64,000 bases of DNA, from NCBI GenBank assembly GCA_026004035.1, contig BPII01000011.1:11416-75415 (forward strand), written 5' to 3'. How positions within the stretch are numbered: position 1 is the first letter of the stretch; the number at the start of each line of letters is the position of its first letter. This DNA is from Candidatus Sericytochromatia bacterium (lineage in GTDB: Bacteria > Cyanobacteriota > Sericytochromatia > UBA7694 > JACMQJ01). The notes under the pieces are model-generated. The model made no database searches and had not been told where the DNA came from. It worked only from the letters and a program-made list of their open reading frames with translations. Both the position numbers and the translations under genes were made by a program. Positions 52,519 to 62,157 of this stretch are shown here, one piece after another.

Positions 52519-53035
52519 ATGAAAATCCCAAAAACATTTTATAGATTGATTTCAAATATGTATAAACAAAACTTTTTTGATAACTCTCATATAGATCCAT
52601 CATTAGGTACAGGTGTTCATCCAGCTTTCCTTGTTAATGGTGTAGAAAAATCTGAAATCTTTATAGGAAAATTTCAATCTATTGTTCATGATGGTGTAGC
52701 TTTATCATTACCTAATCAATCACCAATTGTTTCTATCAATTTCGATAACGCTAAAGCAAGATGTACTGATAAATGGTACAGCTAGAGTTTTATCAGGCTC
52801 CGGACCTATGAGCTGGTATCATGATAATACTCCTTTTGGAATCTCTGATTTAGTCGGAAATGTCTGGGAATGGATATATCTCGTTAAAACTAATAATGGA
52901 CAAATTATTTGTCCTTCTGACAATCATTTCACACTAAGTGAAAACAATTGGACAGCAAGAAATATATATTTTGACTCTATTAATCCTGATAATTCTAACT
53001 CAACTAATGAAGTAGTTTTTCATTATGAATTCTAA
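52519..53035 (+). pseudogene. Remnant of an FGE-sulfatase / C-type-lectin-fold protein, frameshifted and probably internally deleted
   Basis: Two overlapping frames: ...GVHPAFLVNGVEKSEIFIGKFQ...SLPNQSPIVSINFDNAKARC and ...GISDLVGNVWEWI.... GNVWEW is the hallmark of the fold. The last 24 nt lie inside the 158-bp repeat. Confidence 0.55.
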
Positions 53036-53168
53036 GTTTATAATTGATAATTGAGAATAGTTTTCTTTGAGTTTTATTTAATTTTTTGTCATCAAAATTA
53101 GCAAAATTTGGGGATATCATATTAATCTTGTTTGTTGAATTATGTTAATGTTTAAGGTATTGTAAATA
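53012..53168. repeat. ~158-bp repeat, copy 2
   Basis: See copy 1 (39251-39410). Confidence 0.85.
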
Positions 53169-53243
53169 TTTTTACTTTTTAAATAACCTTGAGTAATTAA
53201 AAATTATATGCTAATTTATAAATAATATTATTTTTTTAAAATT

Positions 53244-55169
53244 ATGCAATTATTTCTCACTGATCCTTTATTAGAAGGTTTAAATGATCAACAGATAGAA
53301 GCTGTTAAATCTGTTGAAAGACCAATACAATTAGTAGCAAGTGCAGGAAGTGGAAAAACAACGGTACTAACAAGAAGAATAGCATATATGTTAAATGAAG
53401 GAATAAAACCAGAAAATATATTTGCTGTAACTTTTACAAAGAAAGCTGCTGATGAAATGATTAGTAGATTAAAATCTTTAGTTAATAATAAAAAATTAGT
53501 TGAAAAAATTTCAATAGGAACTTATCACTCGTTACTTTTACAGATAATAAAAAAATATTTTAAAGAATTAAATTTTACAAAAGAACCCACTTTATGTCTT
53601 GAAAATAGACAAATGAATATTATTAAAACTATAATAGATGATTTAAATTCAGAAATATTAAAGGAAGAAGCAATTTCATATATTGGAAAATTAAAAAACA
53701 TGGGAATTTTTTCAAGTGAATTTTCTAATATGATAAATAAAAATATTAATCCAATAAATATAGGTAAAGACTACATTTTAGATATCTCTAATATTTATAA
53801 AAAGTATCAAGATTATTTATTGGAAAATGACTTAATAGATTTTGATGATATTTTATTATTAACAAGAAAATTGTTACAAGATAATCAAAAAGTTAGATAT
53901 GAAATTCAAAGTAAATATAAATATGTCCTTGTTGATGAGTTTCAAGATGTTAATAAAGTTCAATATGATATAAGTAGAATAATAGCTTCTCCTGAAAATA
54001 ATATATTTGTAGTAGGTGATGATTATCAAAGTATATATGAGTTTAGAGGTTCTGATGTTAATATAATCCTAAATTTCTCAAAAGATTATAAAAATACTAA
54101 ATTAATAAAACTAGAAAGTAATTATAGATCAACACCAGAAATAATAAGTATTTCTAATAAATTAATAAAAAATAATTTAGGACAAATAGAAAAAAATGTA
54201 AAATCTGAAAATAAAAGCATTGCAGATTCTGTTAATTATTATGTTGCTGAAGATATATATGATGAAAGCTTTTATGTAGCAAAACAAATAAGAAGCTATA
54301 TTTTTAAAGGTATAAAACCTGAAGAAATAGCTGTTTTGTATAGAACACATTCTCAATCAGCTTATCTTGAAGAAGATTTAGTAGCTTGGAATATACCATA
54401 TACTATACATAAAAATACAAGTTTTTATGATTTGAACGAAGTTCAAGACTTATTAGCTTTTTTAAGATTAGCTAGAAATAAAGAGGATGATTTACAAATA
54501 GGATTTGAAAGACTTTTTAAGTTTTTCAATTTAAATAAGATTACTTATGATTTTATAAAAAATAATTTTAAAAGTAGTGGTAATTTAATGAGTGCTTTTA
54601 TAGAAACATCTTACTCAAATATACATCCAGGTCAAAGAATTTTACTAAACAAAATGATAGATAATATATTAAGATGGCAAAAAATTGCTGAAAATAATGA
54701 TGTTGCTTATGTTATAGATTATATTTTAGAAAGTTCAGGATATAAGAAAAGACTAGAAAATAAACATACTGAATCAGCTGAAAATTCTTTAAATATTTTA
54801 GAATCTATGTATGATAAAGCTATTAAATGGAAATCTAAAAATATAGATGATTTTTTTAAAGAAATACAAACTCAAGAAATAAAAAAGAAAGAAAATAAAA
54901 ATAAGAAAAATGCAGTTCAATTAATGACAATACATAATTCTAAAGGTATGGAATTTGACGTTGTATTTTTAATAGGATTAGAAGAAAATAAACTACCTAG
55001 TAGAAAATCAATAGCTGATGGTAATATACAAGAAGAAAGAAGATTATGTTATGTTGCTTTAACAAGAGCTAGAAAATATTTACATATAACAAGAGCAAAG
55101 CAGAAAAACTCATTTGGAAAAGTAAATAAATATGAAGTTTCAAGATTTTGGCATGAAATTAATTCATAA
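53244..55169 (+). CDS. UvrD/PcrA/Rep-family ATP-dependent DNA helicase
   Basis: ASAGSGKTTVLT (Walker A), VDEFQDVN, NYRST, TIHNSKGMEFDVVFL and ERRLCYVALTRARKYL. Confidence 0.9.
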   Translation: MQLFLTDPLLEGLNDQQIEAVKSVERPIQLVASAGSGKTTVLTRRIAYMLNEGIKPENIFAVTFTKKAADEMISRLKSLVNNKKLVEKISIGTYHSLLLQIIKKYFKELNFTKEPTLCLENRQMNIIKTIIDDLNSEILKEEAISYIGKLKNMGIFSSEFSNMINKNINPINIGKDYILDISNIYKKYQDYLLENDLIDFDDILLLTRKLLQDNQKVRYEIQSKYKYVLVDEFQDVNKVQYDISRIIASPENNIFVVGDDYQSIYEFRGSDVNIILNFSKDYKNTKLIKLESNYRSTPEIISISNKLIKNNLGQIEKNVKSENKSIADSVNYYVAEDIYDESFYVAKQIRSYIFKGIKPEEIAVLYRTHSQSAYLEEDLVAWNIPYTIHKNTSFYDLNEVQDLLAFLRLARNKEDDLQIGFERLFKFFNLNKITYDFIKNNFKSSGNLMSAFIETSYSNIHPGQRILLNKMIDNILRWQKIAENNDVAYVIDYILESSGYKKRLENKHTESAENSLNILESMYDKAIKWKSKNIDDFFKEIQTQEIKKKENKNKKNAVQLMTIHNSKGMEFDVVFLIGLEENKLPSRKSIADGNIQEERRLCYVALTRARKYLHITRAKQKNSFGKVNKYEVSRFWHEINS

Positions 55170-55174
55170 AAAAA

Positions 55175-57404
55175 ATGAAGATACTAATATTTTCAATATA
55201 TAATCAACCTGAACAATTAATAAGTTCTTTTAAAGTATATGAAAGTAATAAAAATGAAGATGTGTATTTTTTAAATTGTTCAAATTCTTTAAAATTTTGT
55301 GATATTAATTCTGATAATTATTTTCAAAAATGTTTTGAATGTATTGCTGACAAATTTTTTTTGTTTAGATTATTTAATATTGAAGAAAAAAAATTAATTG
55401 ATATTGATAGTTATGAAAAAATAAATGTTGATATTCCTTTATTTGATAGTATAGACGATTTAAAATCATTTACTTATAATAATATAAATTATGGTTTATA
55501 TGCTTATAAATCTGTTGTAAATATTACAAAGAAAGAAAAATTTAATATTAAATTTGTAAGATACCTTATAAAAAATATAATAAATGAAGCAATAAATTTT
55601 TATAATAAAATTTCAAATATTATTGATAATATAAAACCTGATAAATTTTATATATATAAGAATAATAGTATAATTTACTTACCGATTATAGAACTTGCTT
55701 TAATCAAAAATATTGAAACAATAACTTTTTATGTAGATAATAATGTTTTATATTTTTACAATGCAAAAACTAATGAACAATTAAATTACAATATTTTTTT
55801 AGAAAAAATTGATAATGAATATCTTATTAATGGCCAAAAAATTAGTAAAATTATTTATGCTAGAACTAAAAATGAAATTTTAAAGGCTATCGTTAAGTAT
55901 AATCATGACTTGTTTTCTAATAACGTTGAAACTTTTAAATTTTTTAGAGATTTAGAAAAACAAAATTTTTGGACAGAAGAAGAATCTAATATTATCAAAA
56001 ATAAAGTTTTAGAAATATATAATAAATTAGATAAAAAGAGCAAAGAAGCAAAAGAAAATGTAAAAATAAGTGCATGTATGATAGTTAAAAATGAAGAGAA
56101 AAATTTAGAAAGATGTCTTAATAGTATAAAAAATATTGTAGATGAAATAATAATATTAGATACAGGTTCAACAGATAATACCATTAATATAGCAAAGAAA
56201 TATACTTCAAAAATTTTTGAATATAAATGGAAAGACGATTTTTCTGATGCAAGAAATAAAAGTATTTCTTATGCAAAAAATGATTGGATACTAATAATAG
56301 ATGCTGACGAAGAGCTAACAGAAAATACTCAAAAAAATCTTTTAATAACAATATATGATGAACCATTATTTAAAGAAGAACTTGTATTTTGGTTTAAATG
56401 TTTTAATAAATATCCAAATGAACAAGAAAGCACTTTTTACTTTAAACACTTTTTATTCAATAAAAAACATGGATTTGTATTTGAAGGAAAAGTTCATGAA
56501 TATTTGGTTAATCCTAATCAAAAAGAGAAAGATAAAGTTTTTAAAAAAACATCTACATCAATTCACAGTAAATCATTATTGTAATACTGAAAAAAACAAA
56601 GAAAAATCTAAATATTATTTACAAATTCTAGAAGATCAGTTAAATTTTGAAAAAACTTTAAAAGGTAAAATATCTATATTAAGTCATTTAGCTAATGAAT
56701 ATCAAAAAGTAGGAGATTCTGATAAAGCATTTAAAACTCTTTTAGAATGTCATAATTTGTTCCAAAAAGATAAAGAATTAAAATCTACATTAACATATAT
56801 TTCCAATTTAATAAGTATATCAGCAAATTTAATATTTAATCAGCTTAATTTTGAAAAAGCAAGAAAATATGTTGATGAAGCTCTTGAGTTAATAGAAGAT
56901 CATAACTTTACAGATGCTTTTTATTTAAAAGCTCTTATAGAACATAATACAAATAATTATCAAAAAGCTATTGATTTATACATTAAACTAATAAATCTTT
57001 TTAGAAGTAGTAATTTTGATAAAGAAAGTTCTTATGGCTTAAGTTCAAAAGGTAAAACATTATATCCTTTTACAGTAATACAACTTTATAAGCTTTATAT
57101 GACTCTTAATAAAGAAAGCTTAGCTTTAAATGTTTTACTAGGTAATGAGAATAATTACTATTTAGTTAATATGTATGTAATAAAACATTTTCTTTTAAAG
57201 AGAGATTTAAAAAATTCTGCAAATGCTTATTTTAGAAACATATTAATAAGTCAAAAAAATAAAGATTTATTGTACAAATTATTAAGTGAAAATAAATATA
57301 AGCAAGCTATTTATCAAATGATTAATGAATTGCTAAACACTAAAGAAGTATTTTCTGATGATGATAAAGAAGAATTACAAAAATTACTACAAAGTATTAT
57401 TTAA
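55175..57404 (+). CDS. Unknown N-domain / GT2 glycosyltransferase / TPR fusion, +1 frameshift at an A7 run
   Basis: The GT2 core is ISACMIVKNEEKNLERCLNSI...ILDTGSTDNT...IDADEEL. ORF 55175-56584 and ORF 56355-57404 join as ...KDKVFKKHLHQFTVNHYCNTEKNKEKSKYYLQILE if the A7 run at 56543-56549 is read as A6. The C-terminus is TPR-like. Confidence 0.75.
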
Positions 57405-58425
57405 ATTATTAATAGTATTTTTATTTTTAATAACTAATAATTCAATTGCTAATGCAAAACTAATTGATTACATATTTTTTAAAGATACATTTAACGGAAA
57501 AAAAATTAATTGTCATGCTATAAAAGTTGATTTAAATCATCCTTTTGTAAAAATAGATTTAGCTTTAGCATATAATAATACAAATAGAAGAGAAACCGTA
57601 AAAAGTATGGCTAAAAGAACAGGGGCTTTAGTTGCTATTAATGGAAGTTTTTTTCATTCTAGAAGAGGAATAGATAGTGTTGTCGGATTACTTATTTCTA
57701 ATAATATTGTTTTAGCTGATTCAGGTCATAGAAGAACATCTTTAGGAATAACAGAAGATAGAAAAATAATTATTGGAATACCAAAGATAAGAAATATACT
57801 AGTTTTACCTGAATTAGGTAAAGTTTTTAAAATAAATGGTATAAATCAGATTAGAGGTAATAAACACTTAACAATATATAATAGATATTTTGGTACTCAT
57901 ACAAGAACTAATAAACTAGGAAGAGAAATATTGGTAGATAAAAATAATATGATAGTTGCTTATAAAATAAAAAATTCTCCGATACCTCAAGGTGGATTTG
58001 TTATATCAATAGATAAAGCAGGTTCTGAAATTGCAGAAGAGTTTCCATTAGGTGCAAGAGTATATATTGATTCTATAAGAGAAGCAGAATGGAAAAATGT
58101 TAGAACACTTATAACAGGTAGTCCTCAATTAGTTAAAAATGGTAAAATTTATAACACATTTTTTAAAGAAAAACTTAATCCTTCTATAAAATATCCAGCT
58201 CAAAGAAGTGCTATTGGTTTAACACATAATAATAAATTTATTATGCTTACTGCTATAGGAAAATTAACACTGACAAAACTTGCTCAAATTATGAAAAGAT
58301 TAGGTTGTATAGAAGCTTTAGCTTTAGATGGTGGTGGTTCTGTAGATTTATATATGAAAGGTAAAAATATTACAAATAACAATAGACCTGTTACAAACTC
58401 AATTATAGTTAGACTTGAAAATTAG
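57358..58425 (+). CDS. Phosphodiester glycosidase (NAGPA/DUF2233) family protein, secreted
   Basis: A signal peptide, then AINGSFF, SPQLVKNGK, RSAIGLT and ALALDGGGS. Confidence 0.75.
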   Translation: MMIKKNYKNYYKVLFKLLIVFLFLITNNSIANAKLIDYIFFKDTFNGKKINCHAIKVDLNHPFVKIDLALAYNNTNRRETVKSMAKRTGALVAINGSFFHSRRGIDSVVGLLISNNIVLADSGHRRTSLGITEDRKIIIGIPKIRNILVLPELGKVFKINGINQIRGNKHLTIYNRYFGTHTRTNKLGREILVDKNNMIVAYKIKNSPIPQGGFVISIDKAGSEIAEEFPLGARVYIDSIREAEWKNVRTLITGSPQLVKNGKIYNTFFKEKLNPSIKYPAQRSAIGLTHNNKFIMLTAIGKLTLTKLAQIMKRLGCIEALALDGGGSVDLYMKGKNITNNNRPVTNSIIVRLEN

Positions 58426-58498
58426 AAAGAAAAATTATGATATACTTTAAGATTAATACCTTTATAGGTAAATATATTTTTAGAATAGGAGATTTATT

Positions 58499-59428
58499 AT
58501 GAATGAGAATGTAGAAAATATTATAGTCATTGGTTCAGGTCCAGCAGGATTAACAGCAGCTATATATTTAGCAAGAGCAAATTTAAATCCTTTAATAATA
58601 GAAGGTTATGGAGCTGGTGGTCAATTAATGCTCACAACTGAAGTTGAAAATTTCCCAGGTTTTCCTGAAGGAATAATGGGACCAGATTTAATGATGAATT
58701 TTAGAAAACAAGCTGAAAGATTTGGAGCTAGATTTTTAACAGAAGATGTTACAAGTGTAGATTTTTCTAAGAGACCTTTTAAAATAGAAGTAGATAATAA
58801 AGTTTTTTATTCTAAAGCTATTATAGTTTCAACAGGTGCAAGTGCTAAATTATTAGGGTTACCTTCAGAAAAAAGATTAATGGGACATGGAGTGTCAACT
58901 TGTGCTACATGTGATGGTGCTTTCTTTAGAAATAAAATAGTTTGTGTTGTAGGTGGTGGTGATTCAGCTTTGGAAGAAGCAAATTTTCTTACTAGATTTG
59001 CAAATAAAGTTTATGTAATACATAGAAGAGATAAATTAAGAGCTTCAAAAATAATGCAAGATAGAGCTTTTAAAAATCCTAAAATAGAATTTATTTTTAA
59101 TAGTGTTATAGAAGATATTTTAGGTGAAAAAAAAGTTTCTTCTGTAAAAATAAGAAATGTTGAAAATAATGAATTAAAAGAAATATCATTAGACGGAGTA
59201 TTTATTGCAATAGGACATACACCTAATACAAAATTATTTAAAGATTTTTTAGAATTAGATGAGCAAGGTTACATAATAACAAAAGGTAAAAGTTCTAAAA
59301 CAAATGTAGAAGGAGTTTTTGCTTGTGGTGATGTTCAAGACCATACATATAGACAAGCTATAACAGCAGCAGGAAGTGGTTGTATGGCTGCAATAGATAC
59401 AGAAAGGTATTTAGAAAGTTTAGAATAA
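58499..59428 (+). CDS. trxB: Thioredoxin-disulfide reductase
   Basis: GSGPAG, the redox-active CATCDG, GGGDSA and GDVQD. Confidence 0.95.
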   Translation: MNENVENIIVIGSGPAGLTAAIYLARANLNPLIIEGYGAGGQLMLTTEVENFPGFPEGIMGPDLMMNFRKQAERFGARFLTEDVTSVDFSKRPFKIEVDNKVFYSKAIIVSTGASAKLLGLPSEKRLMGHGVSTCATCDGAFFRNKIVCVVGGGDSALEEANFLTRFANKVYVIHRRDKLRASKIMQDRAFKNPKIEFIFNSVIEDILGEKKVSSVKIRNVENNELKEISLDGVFIAIGHTPNTKLFKDFLELDEQGYIITKGKSSKTNVEGVFACGDVQDHTYRQAITAAGSGCMAAIDTERYLESLE

Positions 59429-61009
59429 ATGTCACTAGGTTATTCTTCAATTGTTTTACATGCACACCTACCTTTTGTAAGACATCCTGAATATGACTTT
59501 TTTTTAGAAGAACATTGGTTATTTGAAGCTATAACAGAAACTTATATACCTTTAATTACTGTATTTGAAGGTTTAATAAATGATGGTATAGACTTTAAAA
59601 TAACTATGTCTTTAACACCACCTTTAATAGCAATGCTTAAAGATGATTTACTACAAAGAAGATATTTAGTTTATATAGGAAAATTAATAGAATTATCAGA
59701 AAAAGAACTTATTAGAACAAAGGGGGATATTAATTTTGAGCCTTTAGCTAAATATTATCATCAAAGATTTTTAGCAACTTATGATATCTTTGAAAGAAAA
59801 TATAAAAGAAACTTAGTTAATGCTTTTAAATCACTACAAGATTACGGTGTTTTAGAAATTATAACTTGTGGAGCAACTCATGGTTTTTTACCACTTATGC
59901 AAAATATACCTCAAGCTGTAAAAGCTCAAATCTCTGTTGCTGTTGAAAATTATAAATTGAATTTAGGAAGAGAACCAAAAGGAATTTGGTTACCTGAATG
60001 TGGTTATTATCAAGGTTTAGATATTTTATTAAGAGAAAATAATATAAATTATTTTTTTACAGATACTCATGGTATATTAAATTCAAATCCTAGACCAAGG
60101 TATGGTGCTTATGCACCTATTATATGCCCAAATTCTGGGGTAGCAGTTTTTTGTAGAGATAAAGAATCATCCGAACAAGTTTGGAGTTCTGAAATAGGTT
60201 ATCCAGGAAATCCTTATTATAGAGAATATTATAGAGATATAGGTTATGACTTACCTTTCGAATATATAAAAGACTATATTCAACCAGATGGAGCAAGAAA
60301 AAATACAGGTATAAAATATTATAGAGTTACAGGTAAAACAGACAAAAAAGAACCATATAACTTAGAAATGGCAAAAAAAATTGCCAAAGAACATGCACTA
60401 GATTTTTTAGTAAAAAGACAAAATCAAATTATAAATTTAAATTCTATAATGGGAAGAAGTCCTATTGTAGTATCACCTTATGATGCTGAACTTTATGGGC
60501 ACTGGTGGTTTGAAGGTCCTTTATTTTTAAATTATCTTATAAGATTTGTAAATGAACAAAATATATATAAACTAATTACTCCTAGTGAATATTTATATTT
60601 AAATCCTGTAAATCAGTTATCACAACCTTCTGAATCAAGTTGGGGAGCTAATGGTTATAATAGTTTTTGGTTAAATCCAAATAATGATTATATATATAGG
60701 TACTTACATAAATGTGCTAAAAAAATGGTTGAGTTTGCTTATATTTACCAAAAGCCTTATCCATTACAAAAAAGAGCTTTAAATCAAATGGCAAGAGAGT
60801 TACTACTTTTACAAAGTAGTGATTGGGCATTTATAATACAGACTGGAACTATGCCTGAATATGCTGAGAAAAGAATAAAAACCCATTTTCATAGATTTGA
60901 AAAATTATCAAAAATGGTTATTAATGACAATATAAATGAAAATTGGTTGAGTAAAATTGAATATATAGATAACATTTTTCCTGAAATAGATTATTCAGTA
61001 TATAGATAA
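59429..61009 (+). CDS. Glycoside hydrolase family 57 protein (GH57-type alpha-glucan branching enzyme-like)
   Basis: LHAHLPFVRHPE..., ITCGATHGFLPL, WLPECGY and SPYDAELYGHWWFEG are typical of GH57/DUF1957 enzymes. It starts immediately after the trxB stop. Confidence 0.8.
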   Translation: MSLGYSSIVLHAHLPFVRHPEYDFFLEEHWLFEAITETYIPLITVFEGLINDGIDFKITMSLTPPLIAMLKDDLLQRRYLVYIGKLIELSEKELIRTKGDINFEPLAKYYHQRFLATYDIFERKYKRNLVNAFKSLQDYGVLEIITCGATHGFLPLMQNIPQAVKAQISVAVENYKLNLGREPKGIWLPECGYYQGLDILLRENNINYFFTDTHGILNSNPRPRYGAYAPIICPNSGVAVFCRDKESSEQVWSSEIGYPGNPYYREYYRDIGYDLPFEYIKDYIQPDGARKNTGIKYYRVTGKTDKKEPYNLEMAKKIAKEHALDFLVKRQNQIINLNSIMGRSPIVVSPYDAELYGHWWFEGPLFLNYLIRFVNEQNIYKLITPSEYLYLNPVNQLSQPSESSWGANGYNSFWLNPNNDYIYRYLHKCAKKMVEFAYIYQKPYPLQKRALNQMARELLLLQSSDWAFIIQTGTMPEYAEKRIKTHFHRFEKLSKMVINDNINENWLSKIEYIDNIFPEIDYSVYR

Positions 61010-61110
61010 GTGTTATTTAATTTTAGTATAATTTTAGTTTAAGACAAGCAAGAGAAATATAGTAAATACTATATTTTTATTAGAATAGCTAAATTATTAG
61101 GAGTAAATAA

Positions 61111-62148
61111 GTGACAAGTGTAGGCTCTGCTGGTTATAATCCTTATCAATATCAAAACTACAATAATCAATATAATCAAGGTTATGCTACAACAGGTGTC
61201 AATCCATATGGGACTACTGATGGTTACATGGCTTCTCCTTATGCAACAGGTTATATGCAAGGAGCAAACGCTATTGCTGGTCCTGCTATGGGCATAAGCT
61301 CTATGGTAACAGGAATAAGTAGCATGACAAATAGTATAGGTGGTATATTAGGTACTATATGTAATTTAGTTGCTAGTATAATAAATTCAGTTATAGATTT
61401 AGTAGTTGGTCTTGTAAAAGGAGTTTTAGGTTTATTTGGAATAGGTAAAGATAAAGGAAACCAAAATATGCCTATGAATATGCAAATGAATCCAAATATG
61501 CAAATGAATAATATGACAATGCCAAATCATAATTATCAGGGTATTAGAACACCAGCAGGATCTAATGTTCCACCACCGCCACCAGGAACAGATATAAATG
61601 TAGCATATAATATAGTTGCAGGAGATTTAGCAAATGTAAGAGATCCTAATCAAGGAATACAAATTGTAGATATTCATGCATTGAAAGCTAAAGATTATAG
61701 AGAAAAAGCTGAACAATTTGCAAAAGAAGCTGAAAAAGAAGCAAGAGAAGCAGCTTATGCAGCTGAAGAATTACAAAGGAGAATAGCACAAAGAACAGGA
61801 GATATAAACACTTTAGTTGCAAAAATACAACAACATAAATCAAAAGCTATGGAATTACTTAAAACTTCTCAAGAATACACAAAAGCTGTATATGATGAAG
61901 CTTTATATGCTCAAGCTGCAAATGATATATTAAGTCAAAGATTTGGTCCAGCTTTTGGAACAACAGGAGCTCAAAAAGTTTTTGATGCTTGGAAAAATTG
62001 GATTGGTGGATATGAAGAAAGAAAGTTCCTAATATTTAAAGATAAAGTTAAACCAGCACCTGAAGTATTTATGAATGCTTTAAATGCTGTAAATGCTAAT
62101 ATAGGAAGAGCTACACAAGTATTACAAAGTTTAGCACCTATGAGATAA
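61111..62148 (+). CDS. Hypothetical protein: N/Q/Y-rich N-terminus, Gly/Ser/Ile-rich hydrophobic segment, M/N/P-rich tract, PPPPPP, coiled-coil C-domain
   Basis: 345-aa ORF with a GTG start after AGGAG. The C-terminal motif AWKNWIGGY is shared with the next ORF. Confidence 0.7.
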   Translation: MTSVGSAGYNPYQYQNYNNQYNQGYATTGVNPYGTTDGYMASPYATGYMQGANAIAGPAMGISSMVTGISSMTNSIGGILGTICNLVASIINSVIDLVVGLVKGVLGLFGIGKDKGNQNMPMNMQMNPNMQMNNMTMPNHNYQGIRTPAGSNVPPPPPGTDINVAYNIVAGDLANVRDPNQGIQIVDIHALKAKDYREKAEQFAKEAEKEAREAAYAAEELQRRIAQRTGDINTLVAKIQQHKSKAMELLKTSQEYTKAVYDEALYAQAANDILSQRFGPAFGTTGAQKVFDAWKNWIGGYEERKFLIFKDKVKPAPEVFMNALNAVNANIGRATQVLQSLAPMR

Positions 62149-62157
62149 ATAAATATT

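Noticed and set aside
52250-52603. 117-aa minus-strand ORF between MarR and the lectin-fold remnant
   Set aside because: It has no motif and no clear RBS, and its 5' part overlaps the pseudogene's N-terminal fragment. I cannot exclude a real small protein, but the evidence is insufficient to call it.
39251-53168. The 158-bp repeat pair as a DGR template/variable repeat pair for the lectin-fold gene
   Set aside because: Only the last 24 nt of the ORF are inside the repeat. The first ~98 nt are identical rather than adenine-specifically diverged, the mismatches elsewhere are not A-to-N biased, and no reverse transcriptase is visible in the window.
61540-61660. PPPPPPG followed by VAYNIVAGDLANV as a proline-rich plus WH2-like actin-binding effector motif
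   Set aside because: The spacing does not fit the LLxxIxxGxxLKKV WH2 consensus (offset by one, and no basic LKKV). The idea rests on a single short match.
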